Origin: Leptospiraceae bacterium
GTDB lineage: Bacteria > Spirochaetota > Leptospiria > Leptospirales > Leptonemataceae
Assembly: GCA_040217195.1 (NCBI GenBank)
Contig: JAVJNR010000004.1
Location: forward strand, 64,001 to 128,000
Direction: 5' to 3'
Length of the DNA stretch: 64,000 bases
Below the pieces are notes generated by a model. That model did no database searches and was not told the DNA's origin. It saw only the letters and a list, made by a program, of their open reading frames with translations. This document shows positions 30,274 to 40,505 of this stretch, in pieces (positions within the stretch are counted from its first letter, which is position 1; each line of letters begins with the position of its first letter). Made by a program: the position numbers and the translations under genes.

Positions 30274-31260
30274 ATGAATCGACGCCAAAATCATTTCCCG
30301 AAGCCTGACGGAAGCATGGAGCGCGCACAGCGGAACCTTCGCTGGTTTCATCACATATCTCTGGGAGTCTGGATCCTGGCTCTAATTACCATGATCCTGG
30401 GCCCCTATGTAAGAGCCGAGAATGCAGGTCTTTCCTGTCCGGACTGGCCACTTTGCTTTGGCCATGTAGTCCCTCCCTACGAATACCGGGTCTATCTGGA
30501 ATTCATACATCGAGTTTTTGCCGGCGTACTGCTTGGGCCTTTGTTCATCGTCTGGCTTGTATTCTCCTGGGCGGACCGAAATCTAAGAAGCAAGTTTGGA
30601 CTATGGACTTTGCTGGCTGCCGGGGTTCTGGCAATACAGATCTTTCTTGGACGGCAGACTGTAACCATGCTGCTCAATCCATACATTGTAAAATCGCATC
30701 TACTGAATGCTTTGATACTTCTGGGCATCATGCTTCTGGTCTGGAGACGTTCCCGGGTGTGGATGAATACTGGAGAACTAAAGAGTGGTCCGGTAACCCT
30801 GCCGGTATTGCTGCATAGAATTCTGATTGTTGCATTATTGTTTCAAATCTATCTGGGTGGCCGGGTAAGCGCCAATGAGGCCGGCCTGGCATGCACTGCC
30901 TTTCCTGCATGCTACTCTATAGAAGATTCGGAAGGCGGCGAATCGGAATCGGTGTATTTTCCGCCCATGACCGGGCATACAGAAATGCATATCAGTCACA
31001 GACTGGGTGGATACGCTCTATTCCTGTATGTAATTGTTCTGACCTTAATCGGACGGGGCAGCTTTCGCTTCAGGCGAAATGCAACCTTTCTGGGTCTTCT
31101 TAGCTTTCAAATACTGCTGGGCGCCTTAAATGTACTCTACAGTTTGCCCGTTCCAATCACCGTTCTACATTCTGCCATGGCCATGGCTCTATTCATACTG
31201 GCCGTAATCACAACCATCGATACAAGAACAGGATATGGAGACTACAGAAAGCAGGCTTAA
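30274..31260 (+). CDS. ctaA: Heme A synthase (COX15/CtaA)
   Basis: AGLSCPDWPLC, EFIHR, AGLACTAFPAC, HISHR, LH; about 8 TM helices. Confidence 0.9.
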   Translation: MNRRQNHFPKPDGSMERAQRNLRWFHHISLGVWILALITMILGPYVRAENAGLSCPDWPLCFGHVVPPYEYRVYLEFIHRVFAGVLLGPLFIVWLVFSWADRNLRSKFGLWTLLAAGVLAIQIFLGRQTVTMLLNPYIVKSHLLNALILLGIMLLVWRRSRVWMNTGELKSGPVTLPVLLHRILIVALLFQIYLGGRVSANEAGLACTAFPACYSIEDSEGGESESVYFPPMTGHTEMHISHRLGGYALFLYVIVLTLIGRGSFRFRRNATFLGLLSFQILLGALNVLYSLPVPITVLHSAMAMALFILAVITTIDTRTGYGDYRKQA

Positions 31261-32113
31261 GCTTCTATATCAGCTGTTCAAGCCCGGGCTGGCCTTTTCA
31301 ATTGTTGTAACGGTAGTGCCGGCTTTGCTGCTAGAGGACAGGATTCCCTCCCTGTCATTGATATTCTATACACTTCTGGGCACCGGACTTTCTGCCATGG
31401 CCTCCTTCGCGTACAATCAGCTTCTGGAGCAGCATACAGATGCGAAGATGAAGCGAACTGCGAAGCGAGTTCTTCCGTCCGGAAAACTGGATCCTATTCT
31501 GGTTCATATAATCGGCTCCAGTTTATTGGGTGCCGGTATTCTGATCCTATTCATTAAATCCGGATGGCTGGCAGCCGCTCTTGCACTGTTTTCCTTTTTG
31601 TTCTATGTATTCATTTACACATTGCTGCTAAAACCTCATACGGAACACTCCACCGTTCTGGGAGGAATCTGCGGCGCAATCGGTCCGCTAATCGGCGAAG
31701 CGGCGCTACGAGGCACTATAACCCTGGAAGGATTTCTTCTATTCTTGCTGGTATTTCTATGGCAGCCTCCCCATTTCTGGGCACTGTCCATATTCAGACT
31801 GGATGATTACCGATCCGCCGGATTTCCTCTGCTTCCAGTAAAGCAAGGGATTCCGGTAACAGTGAATCAGATGATTTTCTATCAGGCATTGCTCGTCATA
31901 GCCATGGTGCTGGTATGGTTTCCTGCCAGTATTGGATCCTATTTTTACCTGGCACTGTCGGTTCCCTTTGGACTGTACATCCTGTTTAAGATGGCCCGGC
32001 TGAAAAGAGACCTGACTCCGGTAGCTGCCAGATCCATTTTCTTTCTTACAATCTTCCATAATATTCTCTGGCACGGCTCACTCACTGCAGAATTGCTTTT
32101 GCAACACTGGTAG
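31235..32113 (+). CDS. ctaB: Protoheme IX farnesyltransferase (heme O synthase)
   Basis: NQLLEQHTDAKMKRTAKR, YTLLLKP, WQPPHFWAL, DYRSAGFP. Confidence 0.95.
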   Translation: METTESRLKLLYQLFKPGLAFSIVVTVVPALLLEDRIPSLSLIFYTLLGTGLSAMASFAYNQLLEQHTDAKMKRTAKRVLPSGKLDPILVHIIGSSLLGAGILILFIKSGWLAAALALFSFLFYVFIYTLLLKPHTEHSTVLGGICGAIGPLIGEAALRGTITLEGFLLFLLVFLWQPPHFWALSIFRLDDYRSAGFPLLPVKQGIPVTVNQMIFYQALLVIAMVLVWFPASIGSYFYLALSVPFGLYILFKMARLKRDLTPVAARSIFFLTIFHNILWHGSLTAELLLQHW

Positions 32114-32120
32114 TATGTGA

Positions 32121-33581
32121 TTGCAATGGCCTGTGGAATGGCTCCGGCACTACGCTAAGTTTATCATCCTTACGGTAGGAGTATCTGGCTTTTTGCTGTT
32201 TCATTTTCTGCCGGATTCCGGGGATGCTAATCTAGCGGCCTATCATACCCTGGGATTCATCTGCTTTCTGGCATCTCTCTGGATTTCTGAAATCATTCCT
32301 CTGGGGGCGGCCAGCCTACTGCCTCTAATCTATTTTCCCATGGCCGGAATCCTGGGTCCTGAAGATCTGGGAGAGTCCTATTTCAACTCCACAATATTTC
32401 TATTTCTTGGAGGCTTCTTACTGGCTGCCTCCATGGAAAAGTGGAATCTGCATAAACGAATCGCTCTTTGGATTCTAACCATAACTGGAAAGCAGATTGT
32501 GGCCGGATTCATGCTGGCCAGTGCATTTCTCTCAATGTGGATTTCTAATACGGCCACAGCGATGATGATGCTTCCCATAGCAGGTGCAGTGCTCAGCCGA
32601 CTGTCCGGACCAGGTTGGAACCGGCCGGTCTATCTCGGTGTAGCTTATGGATGCTCCATCGGGGGCGTCGCTACGCTGATTGGAACACCTCCCAACCTGG
32701 CATTCAGCAGAATATATAAACAAAACTTCGGCGAAGAGAGCTTTCCCAATTTTGCAGAATGGATACTTACTGCTCTGCCGCTGGCCATTATCTTGCTATT
32801 TATTGCATACATTGTTCTGGATAAAGTTCTATTTCGAGCAGGCCGGGAAGACTCACTGGGTCGTTTACACTGGAAGGCTCAGCTGGCTGGACTTGGCAAG
32901 GCCACTAAAGAAGAGAAATTGGCCGGTGCAATCTTTGCAGCCACAGCACTGCTCTGGATCTTCAGAAGTCCTCTGGATTTGCAGGCATTCAGTATTCCAG
33001 GATGGATTCAGCTGCTGGACGGACTTCCGGGACAGAATAAAATAAACGATGGAACGGTGGCCTTGACCATGGCACTGATCTGTTTTGCAATCCCTGCCCC
33101 TTCTATAAAAGGTAGCCGATTGCTGGAAGCCGAAGATCTGAACCGGGTGCCCTGGTCTATACTACTGCTCTTTGGCGCGGGCTTCGCACTGGCTTCTGCG
33201 TTCGAAAGTAGTGGACTTTCACACATGGCTGGAACGTTTCTTCAATCGGTTCGACCGGAAAGCATCTTCCTGATGATTTTTATCATCAATCTATCCATGA
33301 ATATGATGACCGAGTTTACATCCAACACTGCCACGGCACAGATCATACTTCCGGTTATGGCAGCACTGGCCCGAGAATCGGATCTTCCCGCTTTTGGACT
33401 CATGGCTGGAGTGACTTTCTCTGTAAGTATGGCCTTTATGATGCCTGTTGCAACACCGCCCAATGCAATTGTATTTGGTAGCGGCAAGCTAAAGATATGG
33501 GATATGGTTCGCACCGGCCTGATACTCAACCCGATCACTGCTCTTGTGGTAAGTATCTATTGCTATTTTTTGTATTTCTAA
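32121..33581 (+). CDS. SLC13/DASS sodium:dicarboxylate or sulfate symporter
   Basis: LSMWISNTAT, GGVATLIGTPPN, TEFTSNTAT, FMMPVATPPNAIV. Confidence 0.93.
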   Translation: MQWPVEWLRHYAKFIILTVGVSGFLLFHFLPDSGDANLAAYHTLGFICFLASLWISEIIPLGAASLLPLIYFPMAGILGPEDLGESYFNSTIFLFLGGFLLAASMEKWNLHKRIALWILTITGKQIVAGFMLASAFLSMWISNTATAMMMLPIAGAVLSRLSGPGWNRPVYLGVAYGCSIGGVATLIGTPPNLAFSRIYKQNFGEESFPNFAEWILTALPLAIILLFIAYIVLDKVLFRAGREDSLGRLHWKAQLAGLGKATKEEKLAGAIFAATALLWIFRSPLDLQAFSIPGWIQLLDGLPGQNKINDGTVALTMALICFAIPAPSIKGSRLLEAEDLNRVPWSILLLFGAGFALASAFESSGLSHMAGTFLQSVRPESIFLMIFIINLSMNMMTEFTSNTATAQIILPVMAALARESDLPAFGLMAGVTFSVSMAFMMPVATPPNAIVFGSGKLKIWDMVRTGLILNPITALVVSIYCYFLYF

Positions 33582-33650
33582 GAACCGGTAACCGTTGGAT
33601 TCGTGGCGCGAATCTGAATTAACCGGAACGACTGTAAAGATAAGAGTTTA

Positions 33651-34205
33651 ATGAAAAAGAAGATATTGGCCATTTCCGGAAGCACTCGAAAGTCCTCCAC
33701 CAATTATAGGATCCTGGAATTCTTACAGGATTCCATATCGCAAGATTCACAGTATGAAGTGGAGATCTTTGAAGGCGTGGATACTATTCCACATTTCAGC
33801 GAAGATCAGGACCGAACCCCGCCAGATGAAGTGATTTCTTTTCAACGCAAATTGATCCAATGCCCGGGAGTCCTGATCTGTTCTCCGGAATATGTATTTA
33901 GCCTACCAGGAAGTTTCAAGAATTCTCTGGACTGGCTGGTCTCCACCACGGTTCTATTGAATAAGCCTCTGGCCATGATAGTTGCTGCTGCCAGTGGCGA
34001 AGAAGCTTTTCGCTCACTAAGAAAGATATGCGAAACCCTGGGCGCTTCCATAAATGATGAATGCGCATTACTGGTTCAGGGGGCCCGGGGCAAAATGGAT
34101 CCGGAAGGAAAACCGATCCCAGAACTACGCAGTCAATTGATTGACCTTCAAGATTCGTTTCTAGAACAGCTGGCCGCTACAGAGTCTGCACTACAAAGTT
34201 CATAA
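33651..34205 (+). CDS. NADPH-dependent FMN reductase
   Basis: ISGSTRKSSTN, SPEYVFSLPGSFKNSLDW. Confidence 0.9.
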   Translation: MKKKILAISGSTRKSSTNYRILEFLQDSISQDSQYEVEIFEGVDTIPHFSEDQDRTPPDEVISFQRKLIQCPGVLICSPEYVFSLPGSFKNSLDWLVSTTVLLNKPLAMIVAAASGEEAFRSLRKICETLGASINDECALLVQGARGKMDPEGKPIPELRSQLIDLQDSFLEQLAATESALQSS

Positions 34206-36341
34206 TCCATTACTTTGATATCGTAACATGGTCACATTCGTAATGATTCCATCCACGAAATTACCGGCTGGCACCAGTGGTCCATGCCCCTGGTATGGAC
34301 CGATATTCGGAGTAAATATGCAAGTTTCGTTGGATTCGCATAGACCGTTTTCATTTCCTATACCATCGTTGATCCTTTCATAGGCTCGTCGCAAGAATGT
34401 AGTGCTGCACAAACCTGTGGACCAGGTTCCTCCACTGGCCGTGCAGGAGGGAGAATCAAAGTATCCTGGATTGGAGCATACCTGGTCCTGCCACACAGCA
34501 CCCGGGATCCTTTCGCAGTTTAGCTGAGTGGCTTCATTCCATAAATGGTAGAATACATTGTTTCCATTGGGCATACCCCAGCGGTTGCGAAGCACTGTGT
34601 CTGTTGCCCTTAAACGAAAGTCCCAGATCCTGCAAGGAGGTGCCGTGCAAGGTCCAATGTTGGGAATCGCAGCCACGTCTCCGTTGTCACGGCCCATGAG
34701 CCGCAGCCAGTGATCATAGTTTAGCCGATCCGCAGGAAACGCTGAAATAGTACCATTTGTATCCGAGGTATTGGCTAAATCTTCAGTGCTGATTCTTTCC
34801 ACAAAGCTGGAAAGTGCACTCTGACCTGGAATGTAGTTAAAATCGGAAGCGAGATCCTGGGTACATCCAGTTAATATTCCATTTCCGGCCACACCTTCGC
34901 AGTCATTCATATTGGCTCCGGTGATAAGCTGTCCGGTGATGTAGTTATTACTGGAAGCTGGATCTCTGTTTTCGAATCCAAATCCTAACGGATCCTGATG
35001 ATGCATTGTAGCAATGTCTGCGATTTGATTTCTATGCGATGGTCCAGAGTTTCCACCACCGGTAGTGCTCTGACCCAGACCGCTTCGTCGATGATTGATC
35101 AAATATAGATTGGACACCAGGTTATGCAGCGGATTACCAAAACCAATACTGTAGCCTGCAAAGGTACCGTTTGCCCAAAGAGTACCACCGTTCAAAGATA
35201 CATTTCCATCGCTATCCCAGTAAACCATAGATACACTTGGATTCCCCAGAATAATATAGTTCAATAGTACATTGTTGTTGCACTGAGCCGCGGCCTGATC
35301 CCCAAAATAAAAACCATAGTTGGGTCCCATTACATTGATTCTGTAAAATGTATTGTATCTGTTTCCGTTTCCATTTTCGATTCCTCGAATAATAGCTTCA
35401 CCGTTAATGCGAATATGCGATAGCATATTATTAGAGCTATTACCATTCAAAACGATGGCATTTAGCAATCCCGCTCCACTCTGCTGGATTCTGACGTTTC
35501 GCATCACGCTAAAATACACATTGTTATAGTTTAGTCCGGAGTCGTCAGCGATATCAAAGTCCCCTTCGATCCACAGAAAGTTCTGAGTGAGTCCACGAAC
35601 CAGAACCTCTCCAGGAGCGGCACTGCCAGTTAATAATACTCCAGGCCTGCCTACGAAGGCAATATTGTTGGCATTGATATCGAAAGTGGCAGCCGGATTG
35701 GCTGTAAAAACGTACACCGTTCCCGCTGCGGCAAGAGTACCTGGAGCTGGATTGGCTACCACGGGATTGGCCCACCATGTGGACGCAGCAGTGGTACTGC
35801 TCTTCTGGTTATTGGTAAATGTAACCGTAACCTGGACGGGAAGAAAGGCCGGTGCAGTCCAATCGATAAGATCGGATAGATGCCTACCATCTCGCAATCC
35901 CCCGGTGATCATGCGAACCCTTCCCGAGCTATCGTCGCAGGTCCAGACGAAGGCATTTAGACTATCGGTGGCCCGGATATTGCCACAACTGGTTTTGTTC
36001 AGTACTTCTACGAATCTCTTCTCGCCGCCATGAATGCATTTTCTGTAACTGCCCATCTCGGTGCCGGCGCAGGGTGTGTCCGTGGCATTGAAGAAATTCG
36101 TTCCATCGGCCAGAACATAATCGTTCCAGTTACTTCCACTGGCAGGATACAATGCTTGAACGGAGCCCAATTCCGGAGCCGGTCCATTTCCCAGGAGTGT
36201 AGCCAGAAGGCTAGAATCATCTGGATACTCACCTACACAGGACCCAGCCAGGTACAGGATTGAGAGTACCACAACAATGATACGGGCCCGAACTGCCAGA
36301 GGGCCGCGGGCCAGGCGATGCAATTGAAGGCTTCTGCCCAT
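34200..36341 (-). CDS. Large Asn/Gly/Cys-rich lipoprotein with probable right-handed beta-helix
   Basis: Lipobox YLAGSC; repetitive NN/GN beta-helix-like centre; Cys-rich ends (CIHGGE; DGIGNENGLCESNETCIFTPNIGPYQGHG). Confidence 0.7.
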   Translation of the reverse strand: MGRSLQLHRLARGPLAVRARIIVVVLSILYLAGSCVGEYPDDSSLLATLLGNGPAPELGSVQALYPASGSNWNDYVLADGTNFFNATDTPCAGTEMGSYRKCIHGGEKRFVEVLNKTSCGNIRATDSLNAFVWTCDDSSGRVRMITGGLRDGRHLSDLIDWTAPAFLPVQVTVTFTNNQKSSTTAASTWWANPVVANPAPGTLAAAGTVYVFTANPAATFDINANNIAFVGRPGVLLTGSAAPGEVLVRGLTQNFLWIEGDFDIADDSGLNYNNVYFSVMRNVRIQQSGAGLLNAIVLNGNSSNNMLSHIRINGEAIIRGIENGNGNRYNTFYRINVMGPNYGFYFGDQAAAQCNNNVLLNYIILGNPSVSMVYWDSDGNVSLNGGTLWANGTFAGYSIGFGNPLHNLVSNLYLINHRRSGLGQSTTGGGNSGPSHRNQIADIATMHHQDPLGFGFENRDPASSNNYITGQLITGANMNDCEGVAGNGILTGCTQDLASDFNYIPGQSALSSFVERISTEDLANTSDTNGTISAFPADRLNYDHWLRLMGRDNGDVAAIPNIGPCTAPPCRIWDFRLRATDTVLRNRWGMPNGNNVFYHLWNEATQLNCERIPGAVWQDQVCSNPGYFDSPSCTASGGTWSTGLCSTTFLRRAYERINDGIGNENGLCESNETCIFTPNIGPYQGHGPLVPAGNFVDGIITNVTMLRYQSNGL

Positions 36342-36516
36342 TCTATTATAACCGAGGAATCCAGGGAAATTGCATTTCTAATTCTCTGCGAATTAGACCT
36401 GGATTCTTTCAATTCCCCTGGCAGAAACTACCGTAAATCCGTGGATTGTCCAGACAAATCACAGGAAAACGAGTTCCTGTAACGCTTGAATCGATGAATC
36501 GAATCAATACAAACTA

Positions 36517-37218
36517 TTATTTTGGATATCCAAGGTAAATATTCTGGTATTGTAAGAATCCATCCACGGTAACTTCAAATCCTGCATCGCTCAATTCGCT
36601 TTTCACTTTTTGCTCTGAGAGTTTGATATGCTCCGGCGGTCCTACCGGTATATCTCCCTTCTTGAAATCAACAATAACCAGCAATCCCTGATCGCGAATA
36701 GACTTCCTGGCTTCTTTGAAATACTGTACTCGATCATCAATGTGATGGTAAACATTCACCGAGAAAATCAAATCTACCTCTTCGGAAGCCAGACCTATGG
36801 AATCCGGTTCAATCTTTCTGGTTTCTATTCGATTTGAAAAGCGATTGAACGAGGGATGTACCTCGATATATCTTAGAAATCGTTCATCAATGTCCAGAGC
36901 GATTACGCTGGCTCCTTTCTCCGCCATACGAAATGCAAAATATCCGGTACCTGCTCCCAGATCAGCCACCTTCAGGCCTTTCCATCCTTGCGAAAACTGA
37001 GAAGCCCTGGATCCGTGCTTGCGAAAGATCTTGTCCAGGTGATTCATTAACTCATCGGGCTTCTGGTAAGAATTCCTTTCTTCGCTTTCGAATCTTTGCA
37101 CCAGAACGTCGAAATCCGTCTTATGCATATGCTCCTGAGCGGACTGATGACTGCCCTTCTGGCAAAAGGAAAAGAAGCTGCAAATCGCAGCCAGACCGGA
37201 TATACCTATACGTCGCAT
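36517..37218 (-). CDS. Class I SAM-dependent methyltransferase, probably exported
   Basis: VADLGAGTGYF, ALDID, VNVYHHI, IVDF, GPP; N-terminal signal/lipobox-like segment. Start set at ATG 37218. Confidence 0.88.
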   Translation of the reverse strand: MRRIGISGLAAICSFFSFCQKGSHQSAQEHMHKTDFDVLVQRFESEERNSYQKPDELMNHLDKIFRKHGSRASQFSQGWKGLKVADLGAGTGYFAFRMAEKGASVIALDIDERFLRYIEVHPSFNRFSNRIETRKIEPDSIGLASEEVDLIFSVNVYHHIDDRVQYFKEARKSIRDQGLLVIVDFKKGDIPVGPPEHIKLSEQKVKSELSDAGFEVTVDGFLQYQNIYLGYPK

Positions 37219-37531
37219 ATGTACCAGAATAGCGAATACAGGGGATAGTTCCAGTAGAAAGCAAATGGAATTGCCCAATAGACGACTTTCCCGGAGCCGA
37301 ACTACACAGTTCAATTGGCAATAAATCGGACCAAATCCATTCCATGCATGGGCTTCTCAATCAATGTCAGAAAAGTGCACTTACGGTGAATCCTCCAGGC
37401 TTCGCACTTCACGATCAATTCCTGATACACCCATTCTCCCGAGCCACGCTGTGTCTGGCCCGGTCCGTTCCCTTGCAGAAAAAACGCACTTTCCCGTCTC
37501 GGTTCTCTTCTATTCTATAACCGCACCATCC

Positions 37532-38311
37532 ATGAGCTTCCTCCGTAAATCCATTCTTTGTTTAGTAGCCCTGGTAACATTCAGTCCTTCGCTGGCCGCA
37601 GAGGATGGACCGGTAATTATAGAAATTCTTGGTGGTGTGGGCGAGGGCAGCGGACCAGCAGTGGACCGTATTGAATCCACGGATCATACCTATTTCCTAC
37701 TGGAGGACTATCTAAACACAACCAATGAAGATATCCGTAATGTTCAGCTCTTCCAGCAATTAAGGGGGTTTGAACCGAAAGTAAAAACATCATCTCAGAG
37801 ATTCAGTATTATGGTCCAGGGAAGCGAATACATTGAAATTGGCTCCTCTCTGCAAATGTCTAATTTTAAAGCAGCCAATCTTTACCCCAGGTATTTGAAG
37901 CCTTTGTTCCCGCAGCCATTACCATTTTATTCTCCTTCTTGGAATGAAAGCCCGTTTCGAGAATTGGCCCGCACGGATTTGAACAGTGCACTTTATCTTT
38001 ATAACCTGAGACAGGAGCAATACCTGGAGCCTTCCTTTTTTCTTTCCTTTGATTTACGTTTGGTACTGCCCATGGGGCCAGCGGCCGTATATCTCACAGG
38101 ATCACTGCCTCTGGGGGAGAACTCCGGCAATGGAAGGTCTGCCTTTGCTCTTGGATTCAGACTGCGAATTATGCCCGGTCTCATCCTGTATGCAGAAGGC
38201 CATCGTAGTTACTCCAGCGTTTCCTGGACTGACCAGTACGGATCCAATTTTACAGACATTGCCTATGACACAGGAGTGCGCTTTGGGATTGGAGTGGGCG
38301 GGGCACACTGA
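37532..38311 (+). CDS. Hypothetical exported or outer-membrane protein
   Basis: Signal peptide MSFLRKSILCLVALVTFSPSLAA; amphipathic beta-strands near the C-terminus (GVRFGIGV). Confidence 0.6.
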   Translation: MSFLRKSILCLVALVTFSPSLAAEDGPVIIEILGGVGEGSGPAVDRIESTDHTYFLLEDYLNTTNEDIRNVQLFQQLRGFEPKVKTSSQRFSIMVQGSEYIEIGSSLQMSNFKAANLYPRYLKPLFPQPLPFYSPSWNESPFRELARTDLNSALYLYNLRQEQYLEPSFFLSFDLRLVLPMGPAAVYLTGSLPLGENSGNGRSAFALGFRLRIMPGLILYAEGHRSYSSVSWTDQYGSNFTDIAYDTGVRFGIGVGGAH

Positions 38312-38362
38312 TTGATTTGTCAGTCAAAAAATTGATGACAGAGTCTGGATTCCCTATTTGCT

Positions 38363-39553
38363 ATGGGAATGGCCCGCTCAACAAGAACCAACAATCATTA
38401 TTCCACCACCTACGAGCTGTCTGAGGCACGCAATTCCCACACACCTCAGGTGCGACTGGATGAAGTCCGTCGCGGCTCCCTGAAACTCAGGGATAAGCTA
38501 CTTTCTATGGATCAGGTAGTTTTTTATAAAACCTGCGATCTAATTCGTGCGCCCTATCCAACTAAATATGGGCTACTCAATGCCTATTCCATGCCCACTC
38601 CATTTATGCATATTCTGAACCGATTATTCATAGTTCAGTACAAGACAAAATCCGGTCTTCGCACCCTTCTGTTTTCGCCATCTGATATTTATGGCAACCG
38701 CCTGACGCCCTTCTTTCATCGCCTGGGAAAATCCTTTGGTCCATTCGAAGAATTGGGAGCCAGACTAATGGCTCCGGTGATTGGTACGGTGGAACACTGG
38801 CTGGAGAAGACCGGCATCTCTCCAGAGCAGGTAGATTACATTTCCTATGATCATTTGCATACACAGGATTTGAAGAAGTGGCTCGGAAATAAAGACCAAC
38901 CTGGCTTCTTTCCCAATGCGAAGCTACTTGTGACACGGCAGGAATGGGAATCTGCGAAGGGATTGCTACCACCCCAGGCGGATTGGTACTGCCCAGGAGG
39001 TCTGGATGGAGTTCCGGAAGATAGAGTAATTTTTTTCGATCAGGATATTATCCTTGGTCAGGGAGTAGCTCTGGTTCGCACTCCAGGGCATACAGAAGGA
39101 AATCATTCTCTGGTTGCGCATACTCCGGAAGGTCTCATGGTATCTTCCGAAAATGGTGTGAGCGCCGATAGCTACAGCCCCATGCATTCGCGTATTCCAG
39201 GGGTTCGCTCCTATGCAAAAAAAACCGGTATGGAAGTTATCCTGAACGGCAATACCCTGGAAGGAGGCCTGGATCAGTATATTTCCATGGTTCAGGAGAA
39301 GACTCTGGCAGGACCGGCCCGGCGAAATCCTGATTATTTCAATGTGGTGCCCTCCTCAGAAATGACTTCCTACTGGGCCTTTCCGTTTATTAAACCCACG
39401 TTTTCCTTTGGTCCTCTGGAGTTTGGTCAGCCGGTAACTTCGGCCGCAGAATTGAATGCACCGGAAAATCGAATATCTTACAGAAACAATCCAGGACAGG
39501 TGAGCAAAAAAGGAAGGACCACCGGCCGGACTAGAGCGAAGGGGCGGAAATGA
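38363..39553 (+). CDS. Metallo-beta-lactamase-fold hydrolase with atypical motif
   Basis: VDYISYDHLHTQD, FPNAKLLV..QEW, TPGHTEGNHSL. Confidence 0.75.
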   Translation: MGMARSTRTNNHYSTTYELSEARNSHTPQVRLDEVRRGSLKLRDKLLSMDQVVFYKTCDLIRAPYPTKYGLLNAYSMPTPFMHILNRLFIVQYKTKSGLRTLLFSPSDIYGNRLTPFFHRLGKSFGPFEELGARLMAPVIGTVEHWLEKTGISPEQVDYISYDHLHTQDLKKWLGNKDQPGFFPNAKLLVTRQEWESAKGLLPPQADWYCPGGLDGVPEDRVIFFDQDIILGQGVALVRTPGHTEGNHSLVAHTPEGLMVSSENGVSADSYSPMHSRIPGVRSYAKKTGMEVILNGNTLEGGLDQYISMVQEKTLAGPARRNPDYFNVVPSSEMTSYWAFPFIKPTFSFGPLEFGQPVTSAAELNAPENRISYRNNPGQVSKKGRTTGRTRAKGRK

Positions 39554-40392
39554 AAAGCCTGTCCATCTTTATGACTGGAGCGGCCGGCGGTGTTGGTCGA
39601 GTTCTGGCAGCCGATCTTCTGGAAGCCGGCCATAGACTGATGGTCACGGATCGGGATCTCAAGCAGCTCAAGGGTTTTTACGAAGAGGCAGCTCAGAGGT
39701 TTGGCCCATCCCTCTCGTTGCAGAAGCTGGACATTACATCGCACGGTTCCTGGAAGAAAAGCCTGGAGGGTTTTGCACGAAAGCAGGGAAACCTGGATGT
39801 TGTTTTGAATATTGCAGGATTCCTGCAGCCAGGTTATAGCTATGATGTGAAAGAGTCAGACATAGACCGGCACATGGACATTAATGCCAGAGGCACTATG
39901 TACGGAATTGCTCTGGCTGCAAGAATCATGAAAGAACAAAGTAGCGGACATATAATTAGCATCGCTTCCCTTGCCGGTGTTGCGCCCATACCCGGCATAT
40001 CTCTTTATTCCGCTTCTAAATTTGCAGTTCGAGGCTACAGCCTGGCCGTAGCCCAGGAAATGCAGCCGCATAATGTTCAGGTTACAGTGCTCTGTCCGGA
40101 TGCCATTCGCACGGCCATGCTGGATCTGCAGAAGGATTACGAGGAAGCGGCACTAACCTTTAGCGGCTCCAGATTCTTAACTGCCAACGATGTGAGTCAG
40201 GCCATGCAAAAGCTCATTTTAAAGGGACAGCAAGGAAAAGCGCCGGTAGAGCAAACCCTTCCCGGCAGTCGAGGCTTTCTGGCAAAAATTGCCAGCTTTG
40301 CACCGGCCACAAATATGAAACTGGCAGGACTGCTGCGAAAGAAAGGAATCAAGAAACAAAGCCAGTACAGAGTACAACCGGAAGAAGAATAA
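39550..40392 (+). CDS. Short-chain dehydrogenase/reductase
   Basis: TGAAGGVG, NIAG, IASLAG, YSASK; ATGA overlap with the upstream gene. Confidence 0.92.
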   Translation: MKSLSIFMTGAAGGVGRVLAADLLEAGHRLMVTDRDLKQLKGFYEEAAQRFGPSLSLQKLDITSHGSWKKSLEGFARKQGNLDVVLNIAGFLQPGYSYDVKESDIDRHMDINARGTMYGIALAARIMKEQSSGHIISIASLAGVAPIPGISLYSASKFAVRGYSLAVAQEMQPHNVQVTVLCPDAIRTAMLDLQKDYEEAALTFSGSRFLTANDVSQAMQKLILKGQQGKAPVEQTLPGSRGFLAKIASFAPATNMKLAGLLRKKGIKKQSQYRVQPEEE

Positions 40393-40505
40393 TTTTTCCG
40401 GTACATCGTATACTGGCCTGCATTCCTACATGTCCGGCTGAGAAACTGCAACGTTCTATGCTCCGGAGCATTTGGTAGCCTGCCTGGAACAAAGATACAA
40501 TTCAT

